64,000 nucleotides of DNA from Thalia democratica (lineage: Eukaryota): contig OZ241833.1 of NCBI GenBank assembly GCA_965202585.1, positions 37,944,001 to 38,008,000 on the forward strand. Direction: 5' to 3'. Below the pieces are notes generated by a model. That model was not told the DNA's origin. It saw only the letters and a program-made list of their open reading frames with translations, and made no database searches. The position numbers and the translations under genes are program-made. This document shows positions 50,832-61,554 of this stretch, in pieces (positions within the stretch are counted from its first letter, which is position 1; each line of letters begins with the position of its first letter).

Positions 50832-53390
50832 TGTTTCCGGTTTCCAAAAAAGTTTTTCAGAGATTCCAGTTTTGAGTGTTAAAAACTGTTTGCTGAAATT
50901 AGTGTTTTGTTTTGGCAAAACATGCACTGGATGTGGGTTTATTATATAATGTATTATAATTTGAATTAATGTCTTCTTCGCAATTTTAACATTTCTTGTA
51001 GTTTGGGTATTTTAAATTAAGTATTACTAATATAATTATTAGCTGGTTTAAGATCGTATTTTTAAATTTTAATATAAATTAAATTTAAATTTTAACGTAC
51101 AACATATTTTTTGTTAAAAATAACTATAAACTGGACACTATAATATGGTTAAAACATTTTTTCCTTATTATCACAATATTTGTTCAATAAATCCTCATTA
51201 AACAAAAAAATGTAGTTAATTTATATACTTCTAGTTTGATATAGTTACATACTTTAATAAGTAATTTTAGTTTATTATAAACAACTAAGCATGAAATTAT
51301 AAGCAGAAAAAAGCAAATAGAGGCAGCCTTATATTTAGAATAAGGCAGATAAGATTAAAATTTTACAATAGTATACCTTTTACATTGGATGATGAGTTTT
51401 ATTTGTAATAGTCATTTAAGTATTACTTAAGTGAAAAAAATGGTCAACTATCTACGTTGATAATAAACTGACAAAGTAACAAGTATACAGCTTCTAAAGT
51501 GTTAGTTAGGACTACATTTGAAATAAAAGCATAAATATGTGAGTTTTATAGACTACCTTTAATATGTAACAGTCAAGAAATTCTAATATAAAACCTTTAA
51601 AAGTCTGTAAAGAAATCAAATAAAGTAAGAATAAGTTTTTTTAAAACGTTGTTATATTTTAAGTATTTAGAAAATGGAATAGTTTAACGATTTTCCCTAA
51701 AAAGCATTAAACTTTGATTAAGAAATTTTTTTCGTAACAAAAAAATTTATGTTACAGGATGATTTCTAAAACAGTATTTTATAAACCAGCTTTTAAAACT
51801 TTTAAATATTCAATTTAAATTCGTTAGTTGTACATTCATATTTTCAAACTTACTGTTTGTGAGCAAGCACGTTTGTTTTTTTTTTGTGTTTTCTTGTTTT
51901 TATTTAGAAGCGTATAAGGTTAATATTCTAAAACAACTATGTTAACTTAGTATTATGGTCCAATTAAGGAGAAATAAAAAGTTTTAAGAAACAATATCAG
52001 TTTATTACCAAGTAAAAAAAAAACTTTTCAAATTATATGACCATTGTTCTAGATTAAAACAATTTTTTCTACTTAAACAGATATTTTTGGTTAACAATTA
52101 ATTTAAGGTTTATAAGTAGTTGGTTGAATAAGAATACCTAGTTCAATTAAAACAAACTGGCAAGTAAAGCTTTTAATTGTTAAGCAGGAATATAAAGTTA
52201 AAAGATTTTATCAAACATTAAACCATTAGTTTGAAAATCCAAATATTTTCAAACTTTTTTATTACTTTCAATATTATCACAAAGTGCTTGTCTTAAAAAA
52301 GTGTTTTTTACTTAATCAAATAAAATCAGATATTTTATTTTTAAATTAAAGGAACACTTTTATGATAGAAGTGAACGAATCTATGATATCCTTTTCAATT
52401 GCGTTTAACATTACTGTTTTTTTTTCAGTTTCTATTTAAATTTGTTTGGAAGCATGCTCAAAATGTTAAGCTGAATGTTGCTTGGTTATAGTTGAAAAAA
52501 GTATGCGTTGTATTTAAAAATATTTTTTAAGTTTAATACCAAAAAAATTTGAAGTGATATTCGTATTAAGACATTTTTTTTGTTTTAAATATTTTATTTA
52601 CTTTACAATTAAAATAAGTTTTGTCTTTCGTACGAGTTGTTTTGCTATCGTATTAAGCATTTTTTGTAAAGTTAAACTAACTAAAAAGCCAGAATTTTGA
52701 TAATATTTAACTAGTTATTTTTACTTGATATGAAAATTAAACATTGAGGAATCTGTAAGTTTTAAAATAAGCAGTAAAGTTTATTTTTCAAGTAAATACT
52801 CACAGTAACAAAATAAAAACTGTTTATTTAGTATTAACACTCAAGCTTAAGTATTTTAAAACTAAGCTGTTTTTTTTTGTGGTTTATACTACTTCTTATA
52901 CAGTTTATAGCAAGAATAAGACATAAAAGTTTTTAAGTTATTAAAAAACAATTTAAAGATAAAAATAAAAACTACTATTAAAATATGTCATTACAACAAA
53001 CTATTACATTAGCGTTTTATCTTAACAGTAAAATACCTATATTTGAAAAAAACAAAAAGCCTAAGAAACTTATTTTTTAGAAACGATAAAATTAATATCC
53101 TACTAAGCCTTTTTTATTATAAGTACTGCTACTGACGAAAAAGCTAGGTTTTTACGTTTTAACAATATGTTATCTTAGTTCTTTACTACATATTTATGTA
53201 TCGACGTTAATTCATTTGACATGTTAAAGTTTCAATACTGTCATAAGCCGTTTAAGAAAAAAATCTATGACAAAAATTAGCATACTGACAATCAAACTTA
53301 GTATTTAGGTGCTTGTTAGCTTTACACTGAAACACAAGGTTTATCTGCACAGCTTGAGCTAGTTAACAAAAGGGCAAAGTAAAAACAGGA

Positions 53391-53708
53391 ATGGCGAGCT
53401 CAAACGGAAACGCTGATCGATTTCAAGTTCAGTTACTCAACGGAAACACAGTCAATTTGGCGCGCAGAGAAGTTATTGCAATGGAGGCTGGCTTCCGCTA
53501 CTTCAGAGCTCTTTACAAGCACCTCTTCTACACTCACAACTGCTTCTCCTTCTACAAGATCGGTGTGGACGCGGCACATACGTATGCGGTCATACTGAAC
53601 CTGAGAAATGAAGTGGTTTGTTCGGTCCGGTTTAATTGTAGAGTCTGGGTAGAATTTTGGTTTCAACCGCAGATCATGGGCCAGTTTGAAATGCAAGATG
53701 TGGACTAG
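53391..53708 (+). CDS. Orphan 105-aa protein, tandem copy 2
   Basis: Intact ORF, colinear with copy 1; shared core HLFYTHNCFSFYKIGVD...YAVILNLRNEVVCSVRF. Confidence 0.75.
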   Translation: MASSNGNADRFQVQLLNGNTVNLARREVIAMEAGFRYFRALYKHLFYTHNCFSFYKIGVDAAHTYAVILNLRNEVVCSVRFNCRVWVEFWFQPQIMGQFEMQDVD

Positions 53709-54292
53709 TATTTCCGGTTTCCAAAAAAGTTTTTCAGAGATTCCAGCGTTGAGTGTTAAAAAGTGTTTCCTGAAATTTGTGTTTTGTTTAGCAAAACATG
53801 TACTGGATATGTTTTTTTTTTATAATGCATTATAAATTGAATTTAATGTTTTCTTAACAATTTTTTAGCTTTTTTTGCAGTTTAGGTATTTAAAATTAAG
53901 TATTACTAATATAATTGTTAGTTGGTTTAAGATCGTATGTTTTAATTTTTTTGTGTAAGATGCATTTAAGTTCTGATGTTCAACATATTTCTCTTAAAAA
54001 TATCTAAAAACTGGATTTTAATTTAAAATTCTTATACTGTAATATGATGAAAACATTATTTTTTTATTAACACAACATTTGTTCAATAAATCCTCATTAA
54101 ACAAAATAATGTAGCTAATTTATATACTTCTAGTTTGAAATAGTTAAATTTTTTAATAAGTAATTTCATTTTATTATAAACAACTAAGCATGAAATTGTA
54201 AGCAGGAAAAAGCAAATAGAGGCAGCCTTATATCTAGAATAAGGCAGATAAGATTAAAATTTTATAATAGTGTACCTTTTACATTGGATGAT

Positions 54293-54583
54293 CAACAAAA
54301 TCGGCGAAAGTCTGCAGAACAAGTCCGGACTTTCGTTTGCCGTGAGACAAGCTCAAATTTAACAAAAAGGTTGATCATGCCAATTCGATCATCAGACCAC
54401 AAGTTTCGGTAGACAAACACAAGCAAATGGTTGCTTCATGCGAAAGCATGATAAACCGTTTGTAGATTGACGACTACAAGTTTTTCGGTTGTGACTGACT
54501 GATGAGTCTTAATAAGGACGAAACCGGTCTCAGTCTACCGAAACTTGTGGTCTGATGATCGAATTGGCATGATCAACCTTTTT
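54293..54583. mobile_element. Penelope-like element pseudo-LTR fragment (inverted structure) inserted in duplicate unit 2
   Basis: Absent from the paralogous site at 51376-51396. Flanked by a ~16-bp duplication (TTTTACATTGGATGAT / TTTTACATAGGATGGT), contains a perfect 51-bp inverted repeat (54364-54414 / 54533-54583), and carries a hammerhead ribozyme. Confidence 0.75.
54493..54535 (+). ncRNA. Minimal type I hammerhead ribozyme
   Basis: Stem I GACTGA/TCAGTC; core CTGATGA (54499-54505); stem II GTCTT-AATA-AGGAC; GAAA (54520-54523); palindromic stem III ACCGGT; cleavage triplet GTC, cut after 54529. Confidence 0.9.
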
Positions 54584-57500
54584 ACATAGGATGGTGAGTT
54601 TTATTTGTAATAGTCATTTATGTATTACTTAAGTGAAAAAAATGGTCAACTATCTACGTTGATAACAAACTGACAAAGTACAAGCATACAGCTTCTAAAG
54701 TGTTAGTTAGGACTACATTTGAAATGAAAGCATAAATATATCAGTTTCATAGTTTACCTTTAATATATAACAGTCAAGAAATACGAATATAAAATCTTTA
54801 AAAGTTTGTAAAGAAACAAACTAAAGTAAGAATAAGTCTTTTGAAACGTTGTTAGATTTTAAGTATTAAGAAAATGGAATAGTTAAAAGATTTCCCCTAA
54901 AAAGCGTTAAACTTTGATTAAGAAATTTTCTTTTGTAACAAAAAAATTTATGTTACAGGATGATTTCTAAAACAGTATTTCATAAACCAGCTTTTAAAAG
55001 TTTTCAATGTTCAATTTAAATTCGTTAGTTGTACATTCATATTTTCTGACTTGCAGAATGTGAGCAAGCAAGCTTGTTTTCTGGTTTTTATTCAGAAGCG
55101 TATAAGGTTAATAGTTTAAAACAACTATGTTACCTTAATATTGTGGTCCAATTAAGAATAAATAAAAAGGTTTTAAGAAAAAAAATCAGTTTATTACCAA
55201 ATAGAAAGAACTTTTCAAATTGTATGATGACCATTGTTCTAGATTAAAACAATTCTTTTTCACTTAAACTGATATTTTTGGTTAACATTTAATTTAAGGT
55301 TTATAAGTAGTTGGTAAAATAAAAATATCTAGTTCAATTAAAACAAACTGGAAAGTAAAGCTTTCAATTGTTATGCAGGGATATAAAATTTAAAGATTTT
55401 ATCAAACATTAAACCATCAGTTTGAAAATCCTAATATTGTCAAACTTTTTTATTGCTTTAAGTACTATCACAAAGTGCTTGTCTTATAAAAGTGTTTTTT
55501 ACTTTATCAAATAAAATCAGATATTTTTTCTTAAAATTGAAGTAACACTTTTATTATAGAAGTGAACGAATGCATGTTATCCTTTTCAATTGAGTTCAAC
55601 ATGACGATTTTTTTTTAATTTCTATTTAGTTTTGTTTAGAAGCATGAAAGTTTTAAGCTGAATGTTGGTTGGTTATAGTTAGAAAGTATGCGTTGTATTT
55701 AAAATTATTTTTTAAAGTTTGATGTCTAGAAATTTTTAAGTAAAATTTGTATTAAGACATTTTTTTTCAAATATTTTATATGCTTTACAATAAAAAAAAG
55801 TTTTGTCTTTCGTACGAGTTGTTTTGCTATCGTATTAAGCATTTTATTTAAAGTTAAACTTACTAAAAACCCAGAAATTTGATAATATTAACTAGTTATT
55901 TTTAATTGAGATGAAATTTAAACATGGAGGAATCTGTAAGTTTTGAAATAAGCAGTAAAGTTTAAACAAGTATTTTTCAAGTAAATATTTACAATTACAA
56001 AATATAAACTGTTTATTTAGTATTTACACTCAAGCTTAAATAGTTTTTAATTTATATTTCTCAAAAATTTTTAAACAAATTTGTTTTTAGTTACCAAATA
56101 TCTGTTTAATAAAAATAAAGACTAAAAGAAAAAGAATGTTTTCGACAGTTGTTAATTTTAGATATATATTTATGCATTAGTGTACTTGAGAATTTTATAA
56201 TAAACAGAAATCAAACTGTGTCAGCTAAAGGCCTTTCAGTTGGAGTAGATAGTATTTAAACTATGTAAAAGTATAATATCTACATTAGATAAGGATTTAC
56301 CATTGTAGTGTTATAATTAAAAAATGCAGCAATACTCCTTCAACGAACTGATTCAAAAAAAAATTAATCCTCTACGAAAACAGTTATGTAACACAGTAAC
56401 AAACAAAAAATTTCTAAAATGATTGTTTGGGTCACACTTTAACAGTTTTCAATACAAAATAGTTTTTAGAAATATACGTTATGTATTTACCATCTCAATT
56501 ATTTTACAATATATAAAATACAATTTCAAGGTTAGTAAACACGCAAGTTAATATCAATAAATATACGTCGTGGAATTTATTAACTAAATGGTTGAGTACT
56601 GAAAAAGTTAACCTCGAAAAAGTTTCAACTAAAATCTGTGTAATGGCAACTTTTTAAAAACTTTAAGTTTTAACACTGCAGCATTAATACCAAACATAAA
56701 AAAATTAATATATAAAAAATGAGCTTAAGAAACGTTAAAATGTTTAATTAAACTTTCTTAATTATAAATTTTAAAACTTTTAACTTTAGATTTATATCGT
56801 GATTTTTATACAGAAGCGAATAAGCTTAACATTTTGAAATGATTGTGTTAATTTAGTGTTGTTGTTTAGCAAACAAGAAATGAAGAAGTTCAATTAACCA
56901 GTTCTGTTTATTATTAAATTGGAATAAAACTTTTCAAGATTTTTACATTTTGAAGTTTTTAATACTTTTCAAAATCATATGATCATAGTTGTAAATTAAT
57001 AAAACTGCTTTAACTACACTAAATATTAAAGTTCAGAAAATTGTTTTAAAGTTTATAAGTAATTGAATAAACAAATACATTTAAGTGTCTTTATGGTTAC
57101 AAAAGGATGTAAAACAAACTGATAAGTACAGTTTTAAAAGGTTAAAAAGAATTACAAAGTTGAAAGATTTTATAAAACAATCGAAATTATTTTCTTTAAA
57201 AACTATTAGATAAGAAATCTAGATTATATGTGACTCTTTTAAAACACAAACTGCAAGTGTTTTTCCTTATCAAAAAAAATCTAGAATTTTTGAAAAACTA
57301 AATTAAAACTCATTTTATGATAAAACCTCATAACAATTCTGAATAAGTAATAGTTAAACAATTAAAGAAAAATTATCAATAGATATGTTTATTTGAACGC
57401 CTACAAAATAACAAAAATTTATTTTAAATTGTTATTTCATTTGCCCGTACAATTATTTTAAAGTGTACTTAAAAATTGTCAACTCTATGTTCATTAGTTG

Positions 57501-58384
57501 GTTATGTTTCAAAATTTTTTTAAAGTTTAATGGTAGCAAAAAGTTGCATTAAGTCTGATGTTTATTTCGTTATGTTCGTTTAGTTTGAAAATTAATATCT
57601 TTCATATAAACTGTTTTCAATTATTATGCTAAATAATTTTGAAAAGTTACACTTGCTAAAAACCAACAAATGATATTTAACTAATTATTTCTTACTTTGA
57701 TACCAAATTATAATATTATGCTGTAACCTTTAAGTTTTAGAATAAATAGTAAAGATAAAAAAAAATATTTAAAATCAAACTAACACGATAACAAAGTTTA
57801 AAGTTTTATATCAAATAATAATATTCAAGCTCAAGTATTTCTAAACTAAATTGCCTTTGTAGTTTATATTACTTTTTATACAATTTTTAGCAAGCGTAAG
57901 AAATAAAAGTTTTTAAGTTTTTGATAAAAATTGTCTAAATAGAAATTACTTTTTATTTATGTCATCAAAATAAGCTAATAAATTAGCGTTTAACTTAAAC
58001 AGTAAATTATACATATTTCAAAACCATTAAAAACCTAAGAAACTTATATTTAAGAATTGATGAAATTAAAACTCTACTAAACAATGTTTTTATTAAAAAT
58101 TTTAAGATTAGTATACAGACAAAAAAAAAACGTCCTAAAATCTGTTATCTAAGTTTTGTACTACATTCTTATGCATATACGTTTTTTTTATTTTTTATGT
58201 TATAGTTTTAGTACTGTCAAATGCCATTTTATAAAACTTTTACAAAAAGTAGAATGCATTACACAGAGATTAATGTGCAGATAACTAAGCTTAGTACCAA
58301 AACGCTGAATCAACTTCATCCTTACACACAATTTTTATGTGCAGCAGCTTGAGTTAGTTAACTAAATTGCAAAGTGAAAAAACA

Positions 58385-58684
58385 TTGGCCAACTCAAACC
58401 AAAACGTTACACATTTTTTGATTGAAGTGCTGAACGGAGACAGGTTTATTACGTCATACAGAGAAGTTCTGGCAATGGAGGTCGATTTTTGGAACTTCAG
58501 GAATCTCTTCTACAACTGCTTCCCCTTCTACAAGATAGGTATTGGGAGAACGCTATCAGGAAGATGGCGGTCATGCTGAACCTGAGGAGCCAAGTGGTGT
58601 CCTCGGTCCGGTTTTACAGCAAAGCCGTCAATTTTGTTTCAACCAGAGATCACGGGCCAGTTCCGGATGCAAGAAGTTGACTTA
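58385..58684 (+). pseudogene. Pseudogenised third copy of the orphan family
   Basis: ATG replaced by TTG, an internal deletion around YRHLFYTH, and homologous peptides split over different frames (NCFPFYKIG / AVMLNLRSQVVSSVRF / FQPEITGQFRMQEVD). Confidence 0.8.
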
Positions 58685-60144
58685 TCAGCCAAAAAGTGTT
58701 GAAACTAATAGTTTCGAGTGAACGGTGATAAAAACTGTTTACTGAAGTTTGTGTTTTAGCTAATGTTTTTTAATGGGGTATAATATGGACTTCATTTATG
58801 ATTGCAGATTCTGTCGGCTTTACCTGCAGTTTAGGTTTTTTGGTATTTGGTGTTGACAATGCAATTTTTAGTTGTTATAAATTTTGTGCTTTTATTTTAT
58901 AGATGAAACATCTTATATGTATATGCATTAAAACTTATGAGATTTACCAGTTATTTTTATTAATATCTTATAAAAACTGGTTGTTCATTTGAATTTCAAA
59001 AAAGGTTTTTATAACAAAACTATTTTCTTAGTGATTGAATACTTTTACTTTAAATCTTGATAAAATATAAGAGTGTAGTTAATTTATTTTTTATGTAGCT
59101 GGATATAGTTCTATACTTTTATAATGTTTTTAGTTATGTTAAAGTTTAAGCAAAAACGTTTTAAAGCATTTGACAAAAAGCTGAAAAATTTAAATTGCTC
59201 TTTTAGGCTTATACAAGTAGATCAGATTTAAAATTTTTTTAAATATAAAATTTATATAAATAATGAGTTTTATTTTTAGTGTTGTTTAAGTAGTAAAGCA
59301 GTAAGCTTTACTACTATAAGCTTACTAAATAAATAGTAGTTAAATAATTAACTATCATAGTGGCTAGTATAGTTTTACAATCTAAATTCTTTATTTTTAT
59401 ATATATAAAGTTGTAAAGTTTAAAAAAATATATATAATATCTCAAACACAACATATTAAAAAAAAAAATGTTGCAGATTTTATTAATTTAAAGAGTAAAA
59501 TAATCAAAAAGTATTCTTTTAATATGCATTATTACTAAAAGCTTTCTATTTAATAATAATCTATATGGTTCTTATTTTATCGATATTTTCTAGTATTTTA
59601 TTTGGACGTGTATGAATATAACATTTTGAAATAATTAAACTTATGTGTAAATTTATTATTATTTTACAAAAGAAGTATTAAAATTTAAGAAACTAAATCT
59701 TAATTTTTAAACTTTAAGCAACTTTTACAAGTCATATGATCGTTGTTCTGAATTAAAGCAATAGTTTTTCTTATAAAATAAACACTTATTGTAATAATGG
59801 TTTAAAGTTAAAATTTAAATGAAAACTTTAGTACAACCTATAAAATGCACAGAATGAGACATAAAGTTCGATTCAAGTGTTGAAAAGAAGTTCAAAAATT
59901 TTTTTTGCACTTAAACTTATTCTTCTTAGAAAACTATCAGCAAAGAAATATTGTTATTAAGCAACTCTTTTATAATTGAAAAACTATAACAAACTGCGCA
60001 TATAAAAAAAGTTTTAGTTTTAAATGAAAATCTTGACTAACTATAGAACTGCGATTAAAATTCATTCGTAAAAAATCAAAATCACTTGATAGTTTTTATA
60101 AAACTATCAGCGAAAAAAATCAAAGCCAAAACTTGACCTTCATA

Positions 60145-60285
60145 TGCCGTGAGACATACTCATGTTAACATAAAATTTTGATCATACCATTTCGATCATC
60201 AGACCACAAATTTCCGGTAGACTTAGACAGGATTTTGTATTTTATTAAAAATCGTCGTTTAGTTGCAACCGAAGAAACTTGCAGT
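60145..60285 (-). mobile_element. Decayed second copy of the Penelope-like pseudo-LTR with a degenerate hammerhead
   Basis: TGCCGTGAGACA..TTGATCATACCATTTCGATCATCAGACCACAAATTTCCGGTAGAC matches 54338-54414, then continues as a decayed reverse complement of 54470-54535. Confidence 0.7.
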
Positions 60286-61490
60286 TTTGGTAATAAATAG
60301 TTTTAGTATATTTTTTAAGTTAACTTTTAAATGTAAGAAATTTTGTAGTAAAAACTTAGTTTTCAAAACAAGACTACCAATAAGGAAAAACAAGTTTAAA
60401 CACTAGCAAAAAAAAGTAATTTTTGTTATAAATATAGTAATACAAAAAGTTTGTGTAAGTTGTTGAGTATCTAACTAATTACTATGATTTTTAAAGCGAA
60501 ATTAGTTTGTAACTTATGCAAGTTTAATGGTTGAAATTTAGAAACCTAAACCATTTCTACTTATATGAAGTGTACGGCTTTAGAAAATTGACAGAAAAAT
60601 AAGCATCTCGTATAAAATGACTGTTGTTATTAGTTTTGCTACCAAACTTTCATACTCAAAGAAGACCTTAATTAATACAAACAATTGTTTTTAACGTCAG
60701 ACTTAAGTTCTAGAGTTTTACTTTAAGTTTCTTGTAGTTATAAAAAGTGCATACCTACTCTTTTATGAGGTTTCTTTATTAATTAATTTTTTTCAAAAAG
60801 TTAATAAAATAAAAATAAATCTGCTAGTCTTAACTTTTTTGCTAAATGATTTACTTTAAAATAAACGTTTTTTAAAGAAGATAAACTCCTAAAACAACAC
60901 AAAAAAACTGTTTAGAATATTATTTAACTAAAATGTATGTTTTTCTACAAGAGAACGTTAGAACTATTGGAAAGATAAATAAGTTAAATTTCATTTTTAT
61001 CTGTATGTTGTAAACTATACATAGAACTGTACAAAATATTAAAGCTTTCAAACTTGAACTTTCTTTTTATATTGTTAACATTTTTTTTTTGTTTTACAAA
61101 AATAAAGAGAAATACATGCGTACCAATACTAACAAAATTTGAAATAAACTAAATAAGTTGTTGTTTATATTGCAAAATACATTTAGCATCTACTACCGCT
61201 TACCACTGCAACAAACACAGATAGAAAAGCCTAGCTATTTTAAAAGTGTTTATTAAACTTTTACAATATGTTATAGTTTGTCAACTGAAATGGACGATTA
61301 GAACACTTTTGTTGTTTTTAAGTAGTCGTTACTTTACAAAAATAGATATTTTTCTGAATAACCAATAATCACCAATAGTTTTTCTGATGAGTATCAAATA
61401 CTTTATCAAATTTTATTTCTTTTCTTTAGGTAGCTTGTTTAATTTTCGTAGTTTAAAACTAAATAAGCTCGTAATACATTGTAAAAACTT

Positions 61491-61554
61491 GTGGTGTAGG
61501 ACTCAATAAACGATTTTTTTGTATACCAGGTCCTAGGATCAATTATTTTGAGCG
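61491..61554 (+). mobile_element. SINE-like repeat, copy 7 (partial)
   Basis: GTGGTGTAGGACTCAATAAACG..TGTATACCAGGTCCTAGGATC..TTTTGAGCG. Confidence 0.65.

Larger units (their letters stand above)
50370..60110 (+). repeat. Tandem segmental duplication array of ~3-kb units carrying the orphan gene
   Basis: 50830-52850 aligns to 53708-56040; 52850-53390 aligns to 57830-58385; older homologous blocks are at 56800-57800 and 58700-60100. Confidence 0.8.

Noticed and set aside
54545-54575. Second CTGATGA (54552) preceded by GAAAC
   Set aside because: There is no room for stem I and no GAAA after a stem II, so it cannot form a hammerhead.
61384-61405. CTGATGA-GTAT-CAA-ATAC hammerhead-like start
   Set aside because: It lacks the following GAAA and stems I and III.
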